Assembly: GCA_965223845.1 (NCBI GenBank)
Contig: CBDCXR010000004.1
Span: 6,656,001 to 6,720,000 of the forward strand
Source of the DNA: Planctomycetota bacterium
Lineage (GTDB): Bacteria; Planctomycetota; UBA8108; SXIK01
DNA: 64,000 bases
Direction: 5' to 3'
In this document: positions 30,639 through 39,819 of the stretch, piece by piece
Numbering within the stretch: the stretch's first letter is position 1
How the letters are laid out: the number at the start of each line of letters is the position of its first letter
The notes under the pieces: model-generated
The model's input: the letters and a program-made list of their open reading frames with translations, nothing else
Told to the model about the DNA's origin: nothing
The model's database searches: none
Position numbers and translations under genes: made by a program

Positions 30639-31571
30639 ATGAGATCGAGCATCATCATTCCGGCGCACAACGAGGGCGAGCTTCTCGCGAAGACGATCGC
30701 GAGCTGTCTCGAGACGACCGCTGATCTCAGCACGGAGATCATCGTGGTCGACGATGCTTCGACGGACGGATGCCTCGACGATGTTCGCGTGCGATTTCCC
30801 TCGATCCGCGTCTACCGTTCGCGGCGGCGACTCGGACCCGGCCCCACTCGCCACCTCGGAGCTCGCAAGGCTCGCGGACGCGTTCTCGTCTTTCTCGACG
30901 GCCACTGTAAGCCGGCGCCGTGCGCGATCGAGCGCCTCGTGACGGACGTCGAGCTCTCGGACGGGGAAACCCTCTTTACTCCGCGCGTGGCCGATCTCGA
31001 TACCGCGAGCTGGGAGGAAGACCTGAGCAGCGTCGGCCACGGGTACGAGATCCAGCTCAAGGATTACTTCGCGCGTTGGGCTCGACGCCGCACCCTCGAG
31101 CGCCGCGGATCGTACTACGTCTCGCCGGCACTCACGAGTTGCGTGCTCGCGATGAGTCGGCGGCTCTACCGACGGGTGCGCGGTTTTGATCGCCACATGC
31201 GCGAGTGGGGCGTCGAAGATCTGGATCTCGGGCTGAAGACTTGGCTCATGGGCTCCGCCATCCTCAACAATCCGATCGCCACCGTGGGCCATCGCTTTCG
31301 GAAAGAAGGCGAGGCGGTCTACCCCGTCGCTCAAGACGCGATCGTGTGCAACCAGATGATCTCGGCGCGAAAGAACCTTACGGACGCGAGTTGGGAGCAC
31401 TGGCAGGCGCGTCTCCGCCGGCACCGCAGCGCAGAGGTCGTCGAAGCGGCGCAGTCTCGGTTCGACCGGGTTCGAGCCGGTGTCGAGCGCGAGCGTCGCT
31501 ACTTGATGCGGAACCGGGCGCGCGACGAGTTCTGGTTCGCGCGCCGGTTTGGGCTCGATTGGCCGGCTTGA
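30639..31571 (+). CDS. GT-A fold glycosyltransferase, polypeptide GalNAc-transferase (GT27)-like
   Basis: SIIIPAHNE, EIIVVDDAS, FLDGHC (DxH), GFDRHMREWGVEDLDLGLKTWLMG, VGHRFRK. Confidence 0.85.
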   Translation: MRSSIIIPAHNEGELLAKTIASCLETTADLSTEIIVVDDASTDGCLDDVRVRFPSIRVYRSRRRLGPGPTRHLGARKARGRVLVFLDGHCKPAPCAIERLVTDVELSDGETLFTPRVADLDTASWEEDLSSVGHGYEIQLKDYFARWARRRTLERRGSYYVSPALTSCVLAMSRRLYRRVRGFDRHMREWGVEDLDLGLKTWLMGSAILNNPIATVGHRFRKEGEAVYPVAQDAIVCNQMISARKNLTDASWEHWQARLRRHRSAEVVEAAQSRFDRVRAGVERERRYLMRNRARDEFWFARRFGLDWPA

Positions 31572-31592
31572 CCGATCGTCGACATCGTCCGA

Positions 31593-31880
31593 TCAGGTTC
31601 CGAGCGCGTAACCGACGAGCAACCCGAGTGCGAGTCCGACGACGAGTCCGACGAGGCCGCCGATGATCGCCCCCTGCAGGAAGGCGCATTTGCACTTCTC
31701 GGCGCACTCGGCGAGGCCGCACTTTTTCCCGCGCTCGAACTCCTCGTCCGATGCAGTCGTCGAATCGCCGCCGCCGTCGTCGGAACCGGCCGAGCTCGTC
31801 GACGTCGTATGATCGCCGCCGCCCGATCGTCCGCTGCCGTGTTCCCCGTGTCCCTCTGATCGTTCCGCGCTGTGCGCCAT
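31593..31880 (-). CDS. Small protein (95 aa): Gly/Ser/Thr/His-rich N-terminus, Cys cluster, C-terminal glycine-zipper TM helix
   Basis: AAGGAG RBS before ATG 31880; MAHSAERSEGHGEHGSG..TTSTSS..CGLAECAEKCKC..GAIIGGLVGLVVGLALGLLVG. Confidence 0.7.
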   Translation of the reverse strand: MAHSAERSEGHGEHGSGRSGGGDHTTSTSSAGSDDGGGDSTTASDEEFERGKKCGLAECAEKCKCAFLQGAIIGGLVGLVVGLALGLLVGYALGT

Positions 31881-32377
31881 GGTGTTCTCCTTCTCTGCCT
31901 CGTACGCGCCGAGAGCCCGCGCAAGATTTGAATTCGGCCGGAGATCGGGTCCGCTCGAACGCCCGTTCGATCGCGAGTCCTCGACCATTCGTTCCGAATC
32001 GCCTGCGGATCGCTTCTCGATGCCGCCCGAGATGCCTCGTTCTCCGGCTCTCAAGCATGTCTTGCGCAGACTCTTAGCCGCGCGTCTTTGCTCCCGTCCG
32101 ACCCCGCATCGACGTCTCGTGCTCGAGTTGAACCACACACCCGAGGAGCTCCAGACCGGTGTAGTCGCCGCCGTAACTCGGAGTCGAGAAAAAAATACGC
32201 GCTGCTGATCGTCGCCGCCGAATTCCCCGCACCACGACGCCTGCGCGTCCCGCTTCGCCGATCGAACTGCTCCCTTCTCGCGCTTGATCTTTCCCCGTTA
32301 CGGCCCCCGAGAATCCGGGCTGGTCTGATCGGGGTAGCGAGGGCCTACCCCGCGGACACCAGCACGAAGGGAGCAGC

Positions 32378-33367
32378 ATGAAAGCGAACTTGACGGCACC
32401 TGCTATCGGCGCGACTCCGTACTCGAGAGGACTCGACGGCATCCTCGAGCGCATGCGCGGAGGAGATGTGGACGGCGGCATGGGCGAGCTCTTTCGCTCG
32501 CTCAAGTCGTGGCGCGCGAACGCCGCCGGAGACTGGGAAGACGTGATCGAGCGCCAGTGTCTCGCGCATCCGGTCGCCGACGCGATCTTTCAGGATCCGA
32601 TGGCGTTTCATTCCTACACTCGGCCCCGGGGATATCCCGGCGACGCTGAGCTCCTCGACTACATCTACGGACTCAAGGCGAGCGAGGTCGCGACGAACGC
32701 ATCGCCTCTCGGTCGCGCCGTGCACGAGTTTCTGTACGACGCGCCGGCGGCCCGAGCGGTGAGAGCGCGTCGCGAGGTGCTCGCGCGGCTCGTCGATGAA
32801 ACCGCCGCACGGGTAAAGAACGCTCGTGTCCTGTCGATCGCCGCCGGACACCTTCGCGAAGCGGCTCTCTCGAGCGCCGTGCGTGAAGGAAGGCTCGGCG
32901 AGTACGTCGCGCTCGACCAGGACGAGCGCAGTCTCGAGGAGATCGAGGCGAGCTACGGCTCTCTCGGCGTGCGAACGGTTCCGGGCTCCGTACGCGATCT
33001 CCTCGCTGGACGCGTCGAGTTCGCGGGCTTCGATCTCGTCTACGCGGCCGGGCTCTACGACTACCTCCAGCAGCGCACGGCGCGCCGGTTGACTCGCATC
33101 ATGTTCGACGCGCTTCGGCCGGGCGGGAGACTCCTCGTCGCCAATTTTTTGCCGGACATCGGCGACGTCGGCTTCATGGAGAGCTACATGAGCTGGCAGC
33201 TGATCTACCGGTCGCGCCCTGAGCTCCTCGACGTCGCCGAGGAGATCCCCATCGCGAGTCACGATCGGCTCCGGCTGTACACCGAGCGAAGTCGCTCGAT
33301 CCTCTTCCTCGATGTCGAGCGGAACGAAGAGAGGAGGGCGAACGATGCTTGCGAAGGAGATCTTTAA
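32378..33367 (+). CDS. Class I SAM-dependent methyltransferase, PhcB-like (3-hydroxy fatty acid methyl ester synthase-like)
   Basis: SYTRPRGYPGDAELLDYIY, VLSIAAGHLRE, ALDQD, FDLVYAAGLYDYL, LRPGGRLLVANF, MESYMSWQLIYRS. Confidence 0.8.
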   Translation: MKANLTAPAIGATPYSRGLDGILERMRGGDVDGGMGELFRSLKSWRANAAGDWEDVIERQCLAHPVADAIFQDPMAFHSYTRPRGYPGDAELLDYIYGLKASEVATNASPLGRAVHEFLYDAPAARAVRARREVLARLVDETAARVKNARVLSIAAGHLREAALSSAVREGRLGEYVALDQDERSLEEIEASYGSLGVRTVPGSVRDLLAGRVEFAGFDLVYAAGLYDYLQQRTARRLTRIMFDALRPGGRLLVANFLPDIGDVGFMESYMSWQLIYRSRPELLDVAEEIPIASHDRLRLYTERSRSILFLDVERNEERRANDACEGDL

Positions 33368-34412
33368 TCTCGGCGGGCGCTCGACGCCGCGCGGGCTCGC
33401 GATCTTCGCCTTCGATGCGGCGCTCTACCTCGCCATCACTGCGGCCATCGTCCGGGTCGACTCGCTCTGGCTGAAGCTCGCGCTCGGCGTCGCCGGAGGC
33501 TTCGCGATCGGGTTTCTCTTCCTTCTCGGGCACGACGCCTGCCACCAGAGCCTCACGCCGCGGAAGCGGCTCAATCACGTCCTCGGTCGCCTTGCGTTTC
33601 TGCCGAGTCTCCATCCCTTCAGCCTTTGGGATCTCGGGCACAACCGCGTCCATCACCGCTTCACGAACCTGCGCGAGAAGGACTACGTCTGGGCGCCGCT
33701 CACGCTCGAAGAGTACGAGCGAGCGAGCCGCTGGCAACGTTTAGTCTATCGCTTCTACCGCACGCCGATCGGTTGTCTCTGCTACTTCCTCGTCGACATC
33801 TGGTGGCGGCGCATGTTCGCGTACGAACTGACGGTGAAGAGTCGCACGTGGACGTATCAACTCGATCGCGCCCTCGTCGCGGTGTTCATCGTCGCGCAAG
33901 TCGCGGGGATCTGGACCCTCGATCGCTGGTTCCATCCCGGTGCGGCGACCGGCGCGGGGCACACCGTGATCCTCTTCGGCAGCGCTCTCGTCCTTCCCTT
34001 CCTCGTCTGGAACGCCCTCGCGTCGTTTCTCATCTACCTCCACCACACGCATCCGACAGTGCGGTGGTACCGCGAAAAGAGCGACTGGGCGCGCGCGAGC
34101 GTGCAGCTCGAGAGCACGGTCCACACGGTGTTTCCCGGTCCGATCAATTGGCTCCTCCACCGGATCATGGAGCACACCGCCCACCATGTGAATCCGGCCA
34201 TTCCCTGCTACCACCTGAAAAAGGCGCAGGATTACATCGTCCGCCATCATCCCGACCAGGTCGTCGTCGAGCGGTGGTCGCTCCGGAAGTTCCTCGACTC
34301 CGTCCGACGCTGCAAGCTCTACGACTTCGATCGCGGCGTGTGGACGGACTACGAGGGGCGAGTGACGTCGGTATCCGCGGCGGCACCGGCCGAGACCGCA
34401 GCGAGTGCTTGA
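33345..34412 (+). CDS. Membrane fatty acid desaturase (DesA/omega-6-like)
   Basis: Three His boxes HDACH, HNRVHH and HTAHH; TM segments; GAGGAGG RBS; overlaps the methyltransferase 3' end. Confidence 0.93.
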   Translation: MLAKEIFNLGGRSTPRGLAIFAFDAALYLAITAAIVRVDSLWLKLALGVAGGFAIGFLFLLGHDACHQSLTPRKRLNHVLGRLAFLPSLHPFSLWDLGHNRVHHRFTNLREKDYVWAPLTLEEYERASRWQRLVYRFYRTPIGCLCYFLVDIWWRRMFAYELTVKSRTWTYQLDRALVAVFIVAQVAGIWTLDRWFHPGAATGAGHTVILFGSALVLPFLVWNALASFLIYLHHTHPTVRWYREKSDWARASVQLESTVHTVFPGPINWLLHRIMEHTAHHVNPAIPCYHLKKAQDYIVRHHPDQVVVERWSLRKFLDSVRRCKLYDFDRGVWTDYEGRVTSVSAAAPAETAASA

Positions 34413-34414
34413 TC

Positions 34415-37400
34415 ATGGTCTACCCGACGCTGAACGGATCCTCCGCGCGGTTGATCGCACCGCGCGACCTAGACGAGTACCTCGAGCTCTACCGGGCGAT
34501 GGTGATGGCGCGCGCGCTCGACGAAGTGGAACGCGCGCTCGTCGAACGCGGCGAGGCGCACTTCCACGTGAGCGGCGCTGGACACGAGGGCATCGCCGTC
34601 GCGAACCGTCACCTCGAACCGGAGGATTGGCTGCATCCCCACTACCGTGACAAGGCGCTTCTGCTCGCGCGGGGCGTTCCAGTCGTCCGGTTTCTCGACG
34701 CGCTCGTCTCGAACGCGCGATCGCATTCCCGGGGACGCCAGATGAGCGCTCACATGAGCGCGCCCGAGCTCCGCGTCCTGAGCACGGTCGGTCCGGTCGG
34801 AAACAACGCGCTGCAAGCGGTCGGAGTCGCCGCCGAGGTCGCGCGCGGGCCCGGGTCGCCGATCGTTTTCTGCAGCCTCGGCGACGGAACGACGCAAGAA
34901 GGCGAGGTTCTCGAGGCTGTCGCCGAGGCGGCGCGCTCGGAGCTCCCCGTTCTCTTCGTCGTCGAGGAGAATCGCTACGCGATTTCGACCGAAACCGCGG
35001 GCCGGACGTTCTACGATCTGCCGCGCGGACCCGCGTCGGAGCTCTTCGGCGTGCCGATTCTTCGCGTCGACGGCGCCGACGTCTCGGCGGCGGACCGCGT
35101 CCTCGGAGCCGCCATCGGTCGCATGCGCAGCCAGCGCTCGCCGGCGATCGTGATCTTCGAGGTCGAGCGACTCTGTAGCCACACGAATGCCGACGATGAG
35201 CGCGTCTACCGCTCGGAGAAGGAGCGGCTCGAGGCGAGGGAGTCGCGCGATCCGATTCCGGTTCTCGAGGAGCAGCTTCGGCGCTCGGGCGTCACGGAAG
35301 ACGCGCTCGGGCGCTTGCGCGACGAGGTCACAGAGTCGCTCAGCGAGGCGACGGCGTCCGCGCTCGCGGTGGGGGATCCCGAGCCCGCGCTCGACGCTCG
35401 TCCCGCCGCCTTGGCGTCGATGGGTCACGAGTACCGAGGGCGAGAGAGCGGTGAGCAACGGACGATGCTCGAAGCGATGCGTTCCGTGCTCGAAGCCTGG
35501 CTCGAGTGCGATCCTCGCGTGTCGATCTTCGGAGAGGACATCGAAGATCCGAAGGGAGATGTCTTCGGACTGACGCGCGGGCTCAGCACGCGATTCGGCG
35601 ATCGCGTCCGCAATTCGCCCCTCAGCGAATCGACGATTGTCGGGGTCGCCATCGGACGCGCCCTCGCCGGCGGACGACCTGTCGCGTGCATTCAATTCGC
35701 GGACTTCCTTCCCCTCGCGTGGAACCAGATCGCCGCCGAGCTCGGCACCATGGCGTGGCGAACGGACGGCGGCTGGGAAAGTCCGGTGCTCGTCCTCGCG
35801 CCCTGCGGCGGCTACCGGCCCGGGCTCGGACCGTTTCATGCGCAGACCTTCGAGTCGAGCCTCGCGCACGTTCCGGGCATCGACGTCGTCGTTCCGTCGA
35901 CCGCCGGCGACGCGGCGGGACTCCTGAACGCCGTGCTCGCGTCGAAGCGACCCACGGTGTTCCTCTACCCGAAGATCTGCCTCAACGATCCGTCGCGTTC
36001 GACGTCGAATGACATCGGCGCGCATTTCGTTCCGGTCGGCGTCGCTCGCCGCCTGCGTTCGGGCGACGATCTCACGCTCGTCAGTTGGGGGAGTACGATC
36101 CCTCTTTGTGAGCGGGCCGCACAGACGCTCTCGGAGGCCGGCGCGCGAGTCGATCTCTTCGATCTCCGCTCGATCGCGCCCTGGGACCGCGATGCCGTGC
36201 TCGAGTCGGCGCGGCGGACGCGCCGGCTTCTCGTCGTTCACGAGGACAACGCGACGTGCGGATTCGGCGCGGAGATCGTCGCGACCATCGCGGAGGCTTG
36301 CCCCGCGGTCGAATGCCGTCGGGTGACTCGTCCCGATACTTACGTTCCGTGCAACTTCACGAACCAGATCACGGTCCTTCCGTCGTACCGCTCGATCGTC
36401 TCGGCAGCGGCGGAGCTGGTCGATTTCGAGCTCGAGTGGCGGGATCGCGAGGTCGACGCGAGCGACGAGGTGATCGTTCCGGCGCATGGATCGAGTCCGG
36501 CGGATCAGTCGGTGAGCGTCGTCGAGTGGCTAGCCGCGCCCGGCGACGAAGTCGAAGCGGGAGCGACGATCGCCGAGGCCGAGGCGGACAAGGCGGTCTT
36601 CGAGATCAAAGCCCCGCGTCCCGGAACGATCCGGCGGCTCTGCGTCGGGCCGGGCGAGACGGTGCGCGTCGGAGAACCTCTCTACGCCCTCGAGGCCGTC
36701 GGCCGCGAGCTCGCCGGTCGACGGGCCGGGCGGGCGAGGGCGCGTCGTGAGCGGCGCGGGAACGAATCCCCGCACCTACGCCGACGTCCGCGTCGGGGCG
36801 ATGCGCCGCGACCCGGGACTCTCGCTGAACCGGCAGCGGAGCGGACCGGCGTCGTTCGGCTGGCGCCTCCGTGCTGCGCGCTCGGTTCCCGCATCGTGAC
36901 GAACGAAGAGATCGCGGCTCGGTTTCCCGATCGGAGCGCCGAGGACATCCGAACTCGAACCGGTATCGAGCGCAGGCGGCGCGTGAACGCTGACGAAGAC
37001 GCGTTCGCGCTCGCCGTCCGCGCGAGCTCTGCTGCGCTCGAGCGCGCCGGGCTCGCCGCGTCCGATCTCGATCTAGTCGTCTGCAGCACGACGACTCCGC
37101 CGCTCGCGAGCCCGACGCTCGCGTGTCGAGTGCTCGATGCGCTGTCGGAGTCGGGTCGCGCCTACGCGGAGGCGTACGACCTCAACGCCGCCTGTTCGGG
37201 GTATCTCTACGCGCTCGCGAGCGCATACGACTTTCTCTCTGCGCGTCGCGCGGGGATCGCGCTCGTTCTCACGGCCGAGGTACTCTCACCGGTCCTCGAC
37301 GAGGCAGATTTTGCTACGAGCATCCTCTTCGGCGACGCAGCATCGGCGACGATCCTTCGCGCGGGTCTCGAAGCGGGCGATGCGCGCAGCGCGGTCGGCT

Positions 37401-37843
37401 GGACCGTGAGCGGACGGCCGTTCGTGACGGCGCGCGGCGAACGTGGGTCGCTCCTCCGTGTTCCGCACGCTGGGGCCGGCTTCGCGAGCATGCAGGGTCG
37501 ACGCGTCTTCGGCGAGGCGGTGCGCGCGATGAGCGATGCCCTTCACCGGGCCGCGAGCGCTGCGGGCAGCTCGGTCGGTGATCTCGACTGGATCGTGCCG
37601 CACCAGGCGAACTCTCGGATCATCGAGGCGGTGACGCATCGCCTCGGGGGCGATCCGGTACGCGTCGTCGACTGGATCCGCGACTGGGGGAACACCTCTT
37701 CGACGAGTATCCCCCTCTGCCTCGAGAGGCTCGCGCTCGAGCTCGGCGGCGGCGAGAGACTGGGGCTCTGCGCCTTTGGTGGCGGGCGGACCGCGGGGGC
37801 GGCGGTGCTCGAAACGAGACGGACTGGCCCTCCGGGTGCGTGA
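34415..37843 (+). CDS. Fused 2-oxoacid dehydrogenase E1alpha-E1beta, lipoyl domain and FabH-type ketosynthase (KAS III)
   Basis: ATG 34415, just after the desaturase stop; ThDP motif GDGTTQEG..EENRYAIST; E1beta FGEDI..NSPLSESTIVG..QFADF; lipoyl EADKAVFEI; KAS III DLNAACSG, HQAN and GNTSS. Confidence 0.92.
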   Translation: MVYPTLNGSSARLIAPRDLDEYLELYRAMVMARALDEVERALVERGEAHFHVSGAGHEGIAVANRHLEPEDWLHPHYRDKALLLARGVPVVRFLDALVSNARSHSRGRQMSAHMSAPELRVLSTVGPVGNNALQAVGVAAEVARGPGSPIVFCSLGDGTTQEGEVLEAVAEAARSELPVLFVVEENRYAISTETAGRTFYDLPRGPASELFGVPILRVDGADVSAADRVLGAAIGRMRSQRSPAIVIFEVERLCSHTNADDERVYRSEKERLEARESRDPIPVLEEQLRRSGVTEDALGRLRDEVTESLSEATASALAVGDPEPALDARPAALASMGHEYRGRESGEQRTMLEAMRSVLEAWLECDPRVSIFGEDIEDPKGDVFGLTRGLSTRFGDRVRNSPLSESTIVGVAIGRALAGGRPVACIQFADFLPLAWNQIAAELGTMAWRTDGGWESPVLVLAPCGGYRPGLGPFHAQTFESSLAHVPGIDVVVPSTAGDAAGLLNAVLASKRPTVFLYPKICLNDPSRSTSNDIGAHFVPVGVARRLRSGDDLTLVSWGSTIPLCERAAQTLSEAGARVDLFDLRSIAPWDRDAVLESARRTRRLLVVHEDNATCGFGAEIVATIAEACPAVECRRVTRPDTYVPCNFTNQITVLPSYRSIVSAAAELVDFELEWRDREVDASDEVIVPAHGSSPADQSVSVVEWLAAPGDEVEAGATIAEAEADKAVFEIKAPRPGTIRRLCVGPGETVRVGEPLYALEAVGRELAGRRAGRARARRERRGNESPHLRRRPRRGDAPRPGTLAEPAAERTGVVRLAPPCCALGSRIVTNEEIAARFPDRSAEDIRTRTGIERRRRVNADEDAFALAVRASSAALERAGLAASDLDLVVCSTTTPPLASPTLACRVLDALSESGRAYAEAYDLNAACSGYLYALASAYDFLSARRAGIALVLTAEVLSPVLDEADFATSILFGDAASATILRAGLEAGDARSAVGWTVSGRPFVTARGERGSLLRVPHAGAGFASMQGRRVFGEAVRAMSDALHRAASAAGSSVGDLDWIVPHQANSRIIEAVTHRLGGDPVRVVDWIRDWGNTSSTSIPLCLERLALELGGGERLGLCAFGGGRTAGAAVLETRRTGPPGA

Positions 37844-38013
37844 TGCGAGCGCGCTTCGCGCGGAGGTCTGCGGGGGCGTCGCGATCGCGATTGACTTCCG
37901 TTCGGGCGAGGAAATAATCGCATCCTTCGTGCCGGGGCCGCCGCGACGGATCGGGGTCCGATCCGCGGGCCGCCGGCATCGCTCGCCCCCGCTCTCTCCC
38001 GAGGCCACCCGCG

Positions 38014-39660
38014 ATGAGTCAGGAACCGTCTTCGGACCTCATGAAGGAGGTCGTCTCCCTCTGTAAGCAGCGGGGCTTCGTGTTTCAGTCGTCGGAGATC
38101 TACGGCGGGCTGAAGAGCTGCTACGACTACGGGCCGCTCGGCGTCGAACTGAAGCGGAACATCATGAACGAGTGGTGGCGCACGATGGTCCACGAGCGCG
38201 AGGACATCGTCGGCCTCGACGCGTCGATCATCATGCACCCGCGCGTCTGGGAGGCGTCGGGGCACCTCGCCGGCTTCTCCGACCCTCTCGTCGATTGTCT
38301 GATCAGCAAGGAGCGCTTTCGCGCCGACCACGCACCGCGCCCGAGCGTCGGCGACGAGCTGCCGCTCGCATGCGCGGACAAGGGACAAGCGAAAGCCTAC
38401 GGCGAGGCGATCGAAAAGCGCTTCGGCGTCGCGCTCAAGCGCGCAGGAAAAACCCTCCACGGACTGAAGGTCGTCGACGACAACACGATCGGATTCTTCC
38501 CCGATGGCGACGGCGAGTCGACGTCGACGTTTCCATTCCCGGGCTACGTCAGTCCCGAGCTCGGATCCCCGTTTCTCAGCGACGAGCGACAGTTCAATCT
38601 GATGTTTCGCTCGAGTCTCGGGTCGGTCGATCCGTTCGAAGAAACGGCGAAGGCACTCGAGGGGAAGAGCCTGAGCGCGGCCGAGATTCGTGCAGTTCTC
38701 GACGAGAAGATGAAGGAGAGCGCCGTCTATCTCCGTCCCGAGACGGCGCAGGCGATGTTCGTTCAGTTCGCGAACATCCAGAAGGCGCTCTCGCTCAAGG
38801 TGCCGTTCGGCATCGCGCAGATGGGAAAGTCGTTCCGGAACGAGGTCACGGTCGAGCACTTTATCTTCCGCTCCTGCGAGTTCGAGCAGATGGAGATGGA
38901 GTACTTCGTCGAGCCCGGGAAGCAGGCCGAGGCGCTCGAGTACTGGAAGAACGAGCGACTCGCCTGGTACCAGCGCTACGCGAACGATCCGAGCAAGTTC
39001 CGTCTGCGAAAGCACGATCCCGACGAGCTCGCGCATTACGCCGACGACTGCTACGACGTCGAGTACGAGTATCCGTGGGGTTGGGGCGAGCTCGAGGGAA
39101 TCGCGAGCCGGACGGACTACGACCTGAAGAAGCACTCGCAGCACTCGGGCGCTTCGCTCACGTACTTCGATCAGGAGGCGACCGACCCCGAGTCGGGGAA
39201 GAAGGGCTGGCGCTACACGCCCTACGTCATCGAGCCGGCCGCCGGCGCGACGCGGACGACTCTTCTTTACCTCCTCGACGCGTTTGCATACGACTCGCCG
39301 CGCCCGGACGCGAGCGGAAAGACGAAGACGCGGCGTGTTCTCAAGCTCCACCCGCGGTTCTCGCCGTACAAGGCAGCGGTCTTGCCGCTCGTCAAGAAGG
39401 ACGGGATGCCCGAGCTCGCGCGCGAGATCGTGCAGCAGTTCTTCGCGAGCGGCGTCAACGCGAAGTACGACGAGCAACACGCGATCGGGAAGCGCTACGC
39501 GCGGCACGATGAGGTCGGAACACCGTACTGTCTCACCATCGACGGCGATTCGCTGAAGGATGGCACCGTGACGATCCGCGAGCGCGACTCGACCGATCAA
39601 GATCGCATCAAGATCGAGGAGGCGCTCGCCATCGTCGAGAAACGGCTGGAGACCGCCTGA
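38014..39660 (+). CDS. glyQS: Glycine--tRNA ligase, homodimeric type
   Basis: SSEIYGG..YDYGPLG, FNLMF, YLRPETAQ, GKSFRNE, EFEQMEME, ELEGIASR, VIEPAAG, anticodon domain IGKRYARHDEVGTPYC. Confidence 0.97.
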   Translation: MSQEPSSDLMKEVVSLCKQRGFVFQSSEIYGGLKSCYDYGPLGVELKRNIMNEWWRTMVHEREDIVGLDASIIMHPRVWEASGHLAGFSDPLVDCLISKERFRADHAPRPSVGDELPLACADKGQAKAYGEAIEKRFGVALKRAGKTLHGLKVVDDNTIGFFPDGDGESTSTFPFPGYVSPELGSPFLSDERQFNLMFRSSLGSVDPFEETAKALEGKSLSAAEIRAVLDEKMKESAVYLRPETAQAMFVQFANIQKALSLKVPFGIAQMGKSFRNEVTVEHFIFRSCEFEQMEMEYFVEPGKQAEALEYWKNERLAWYQRYANDPSKFRLRKHDPDELAHYADDCYDVEYEYPWGWGELEGIASRTDYDLKKHSQHSGASLTYFDQEATDPESGKKGWRYTPYVIEPAAGATRTTLLYLLDAFAYDSPRPDASGKTKTRRVLKLHPRFSPYKAAVLPLVKKDGMPELAREIVQQFFASGVNAKYDEQHAIGKRYARHDEVGTPYCLTIDGDSLKDGTVTIRERDSTDQDRIKIEEALAIVEKRLETA

Positions 39661-39819
39661 GGCGCGTGCTATATCCTAAGCTTGCCATGAAACGGCGAGC
39701 AAAACGGCGCAGAGAGGAAAGCGTCGTTTGCCGCCCGGCAGTGGCAACGTCGGGGTTTTGAGGAAGCGATGGTTCGGCGACGGTCTCGCCGAATGACGCG
39801 CGCGTCCGGAGGTTCGTGC

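Noticed and set aside
30604-30640. GGCAAACC plus hairpin resembling a c-di-GMP-I riboswitch
   Set aside because: Lacks the GNRA loop and the GACGCAAA/second-stem consensus; only a short hairpin (30613-30628) touching the GT RBS.
31593-31880. Glycocin/RiPP precursor interpretation of the small Cys-containing peptide
   Set aside because: No peptidase-ABC exporter or clear leader nearby, and it is convergent with the GT rather than co-transcribed; kept only as a possible GT substrate.
33626-34414. N-terminal 263 aa of the 1405-aa track ORF
   Set aside because: Off-frame shadow of the desaturase (Arg/Pro-rich); E1alpha similarity starts at ATG 34415.
37543-39600. Long antisense or alternate-frame ORFs (also 34469-36487, 40560-42062, 42026-43705, 48614-50341, 54854-56800, 5756-7189)
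   Set aside because: High-GC shadow ORFs overlapping well-supported genes, with no motifs of their own.
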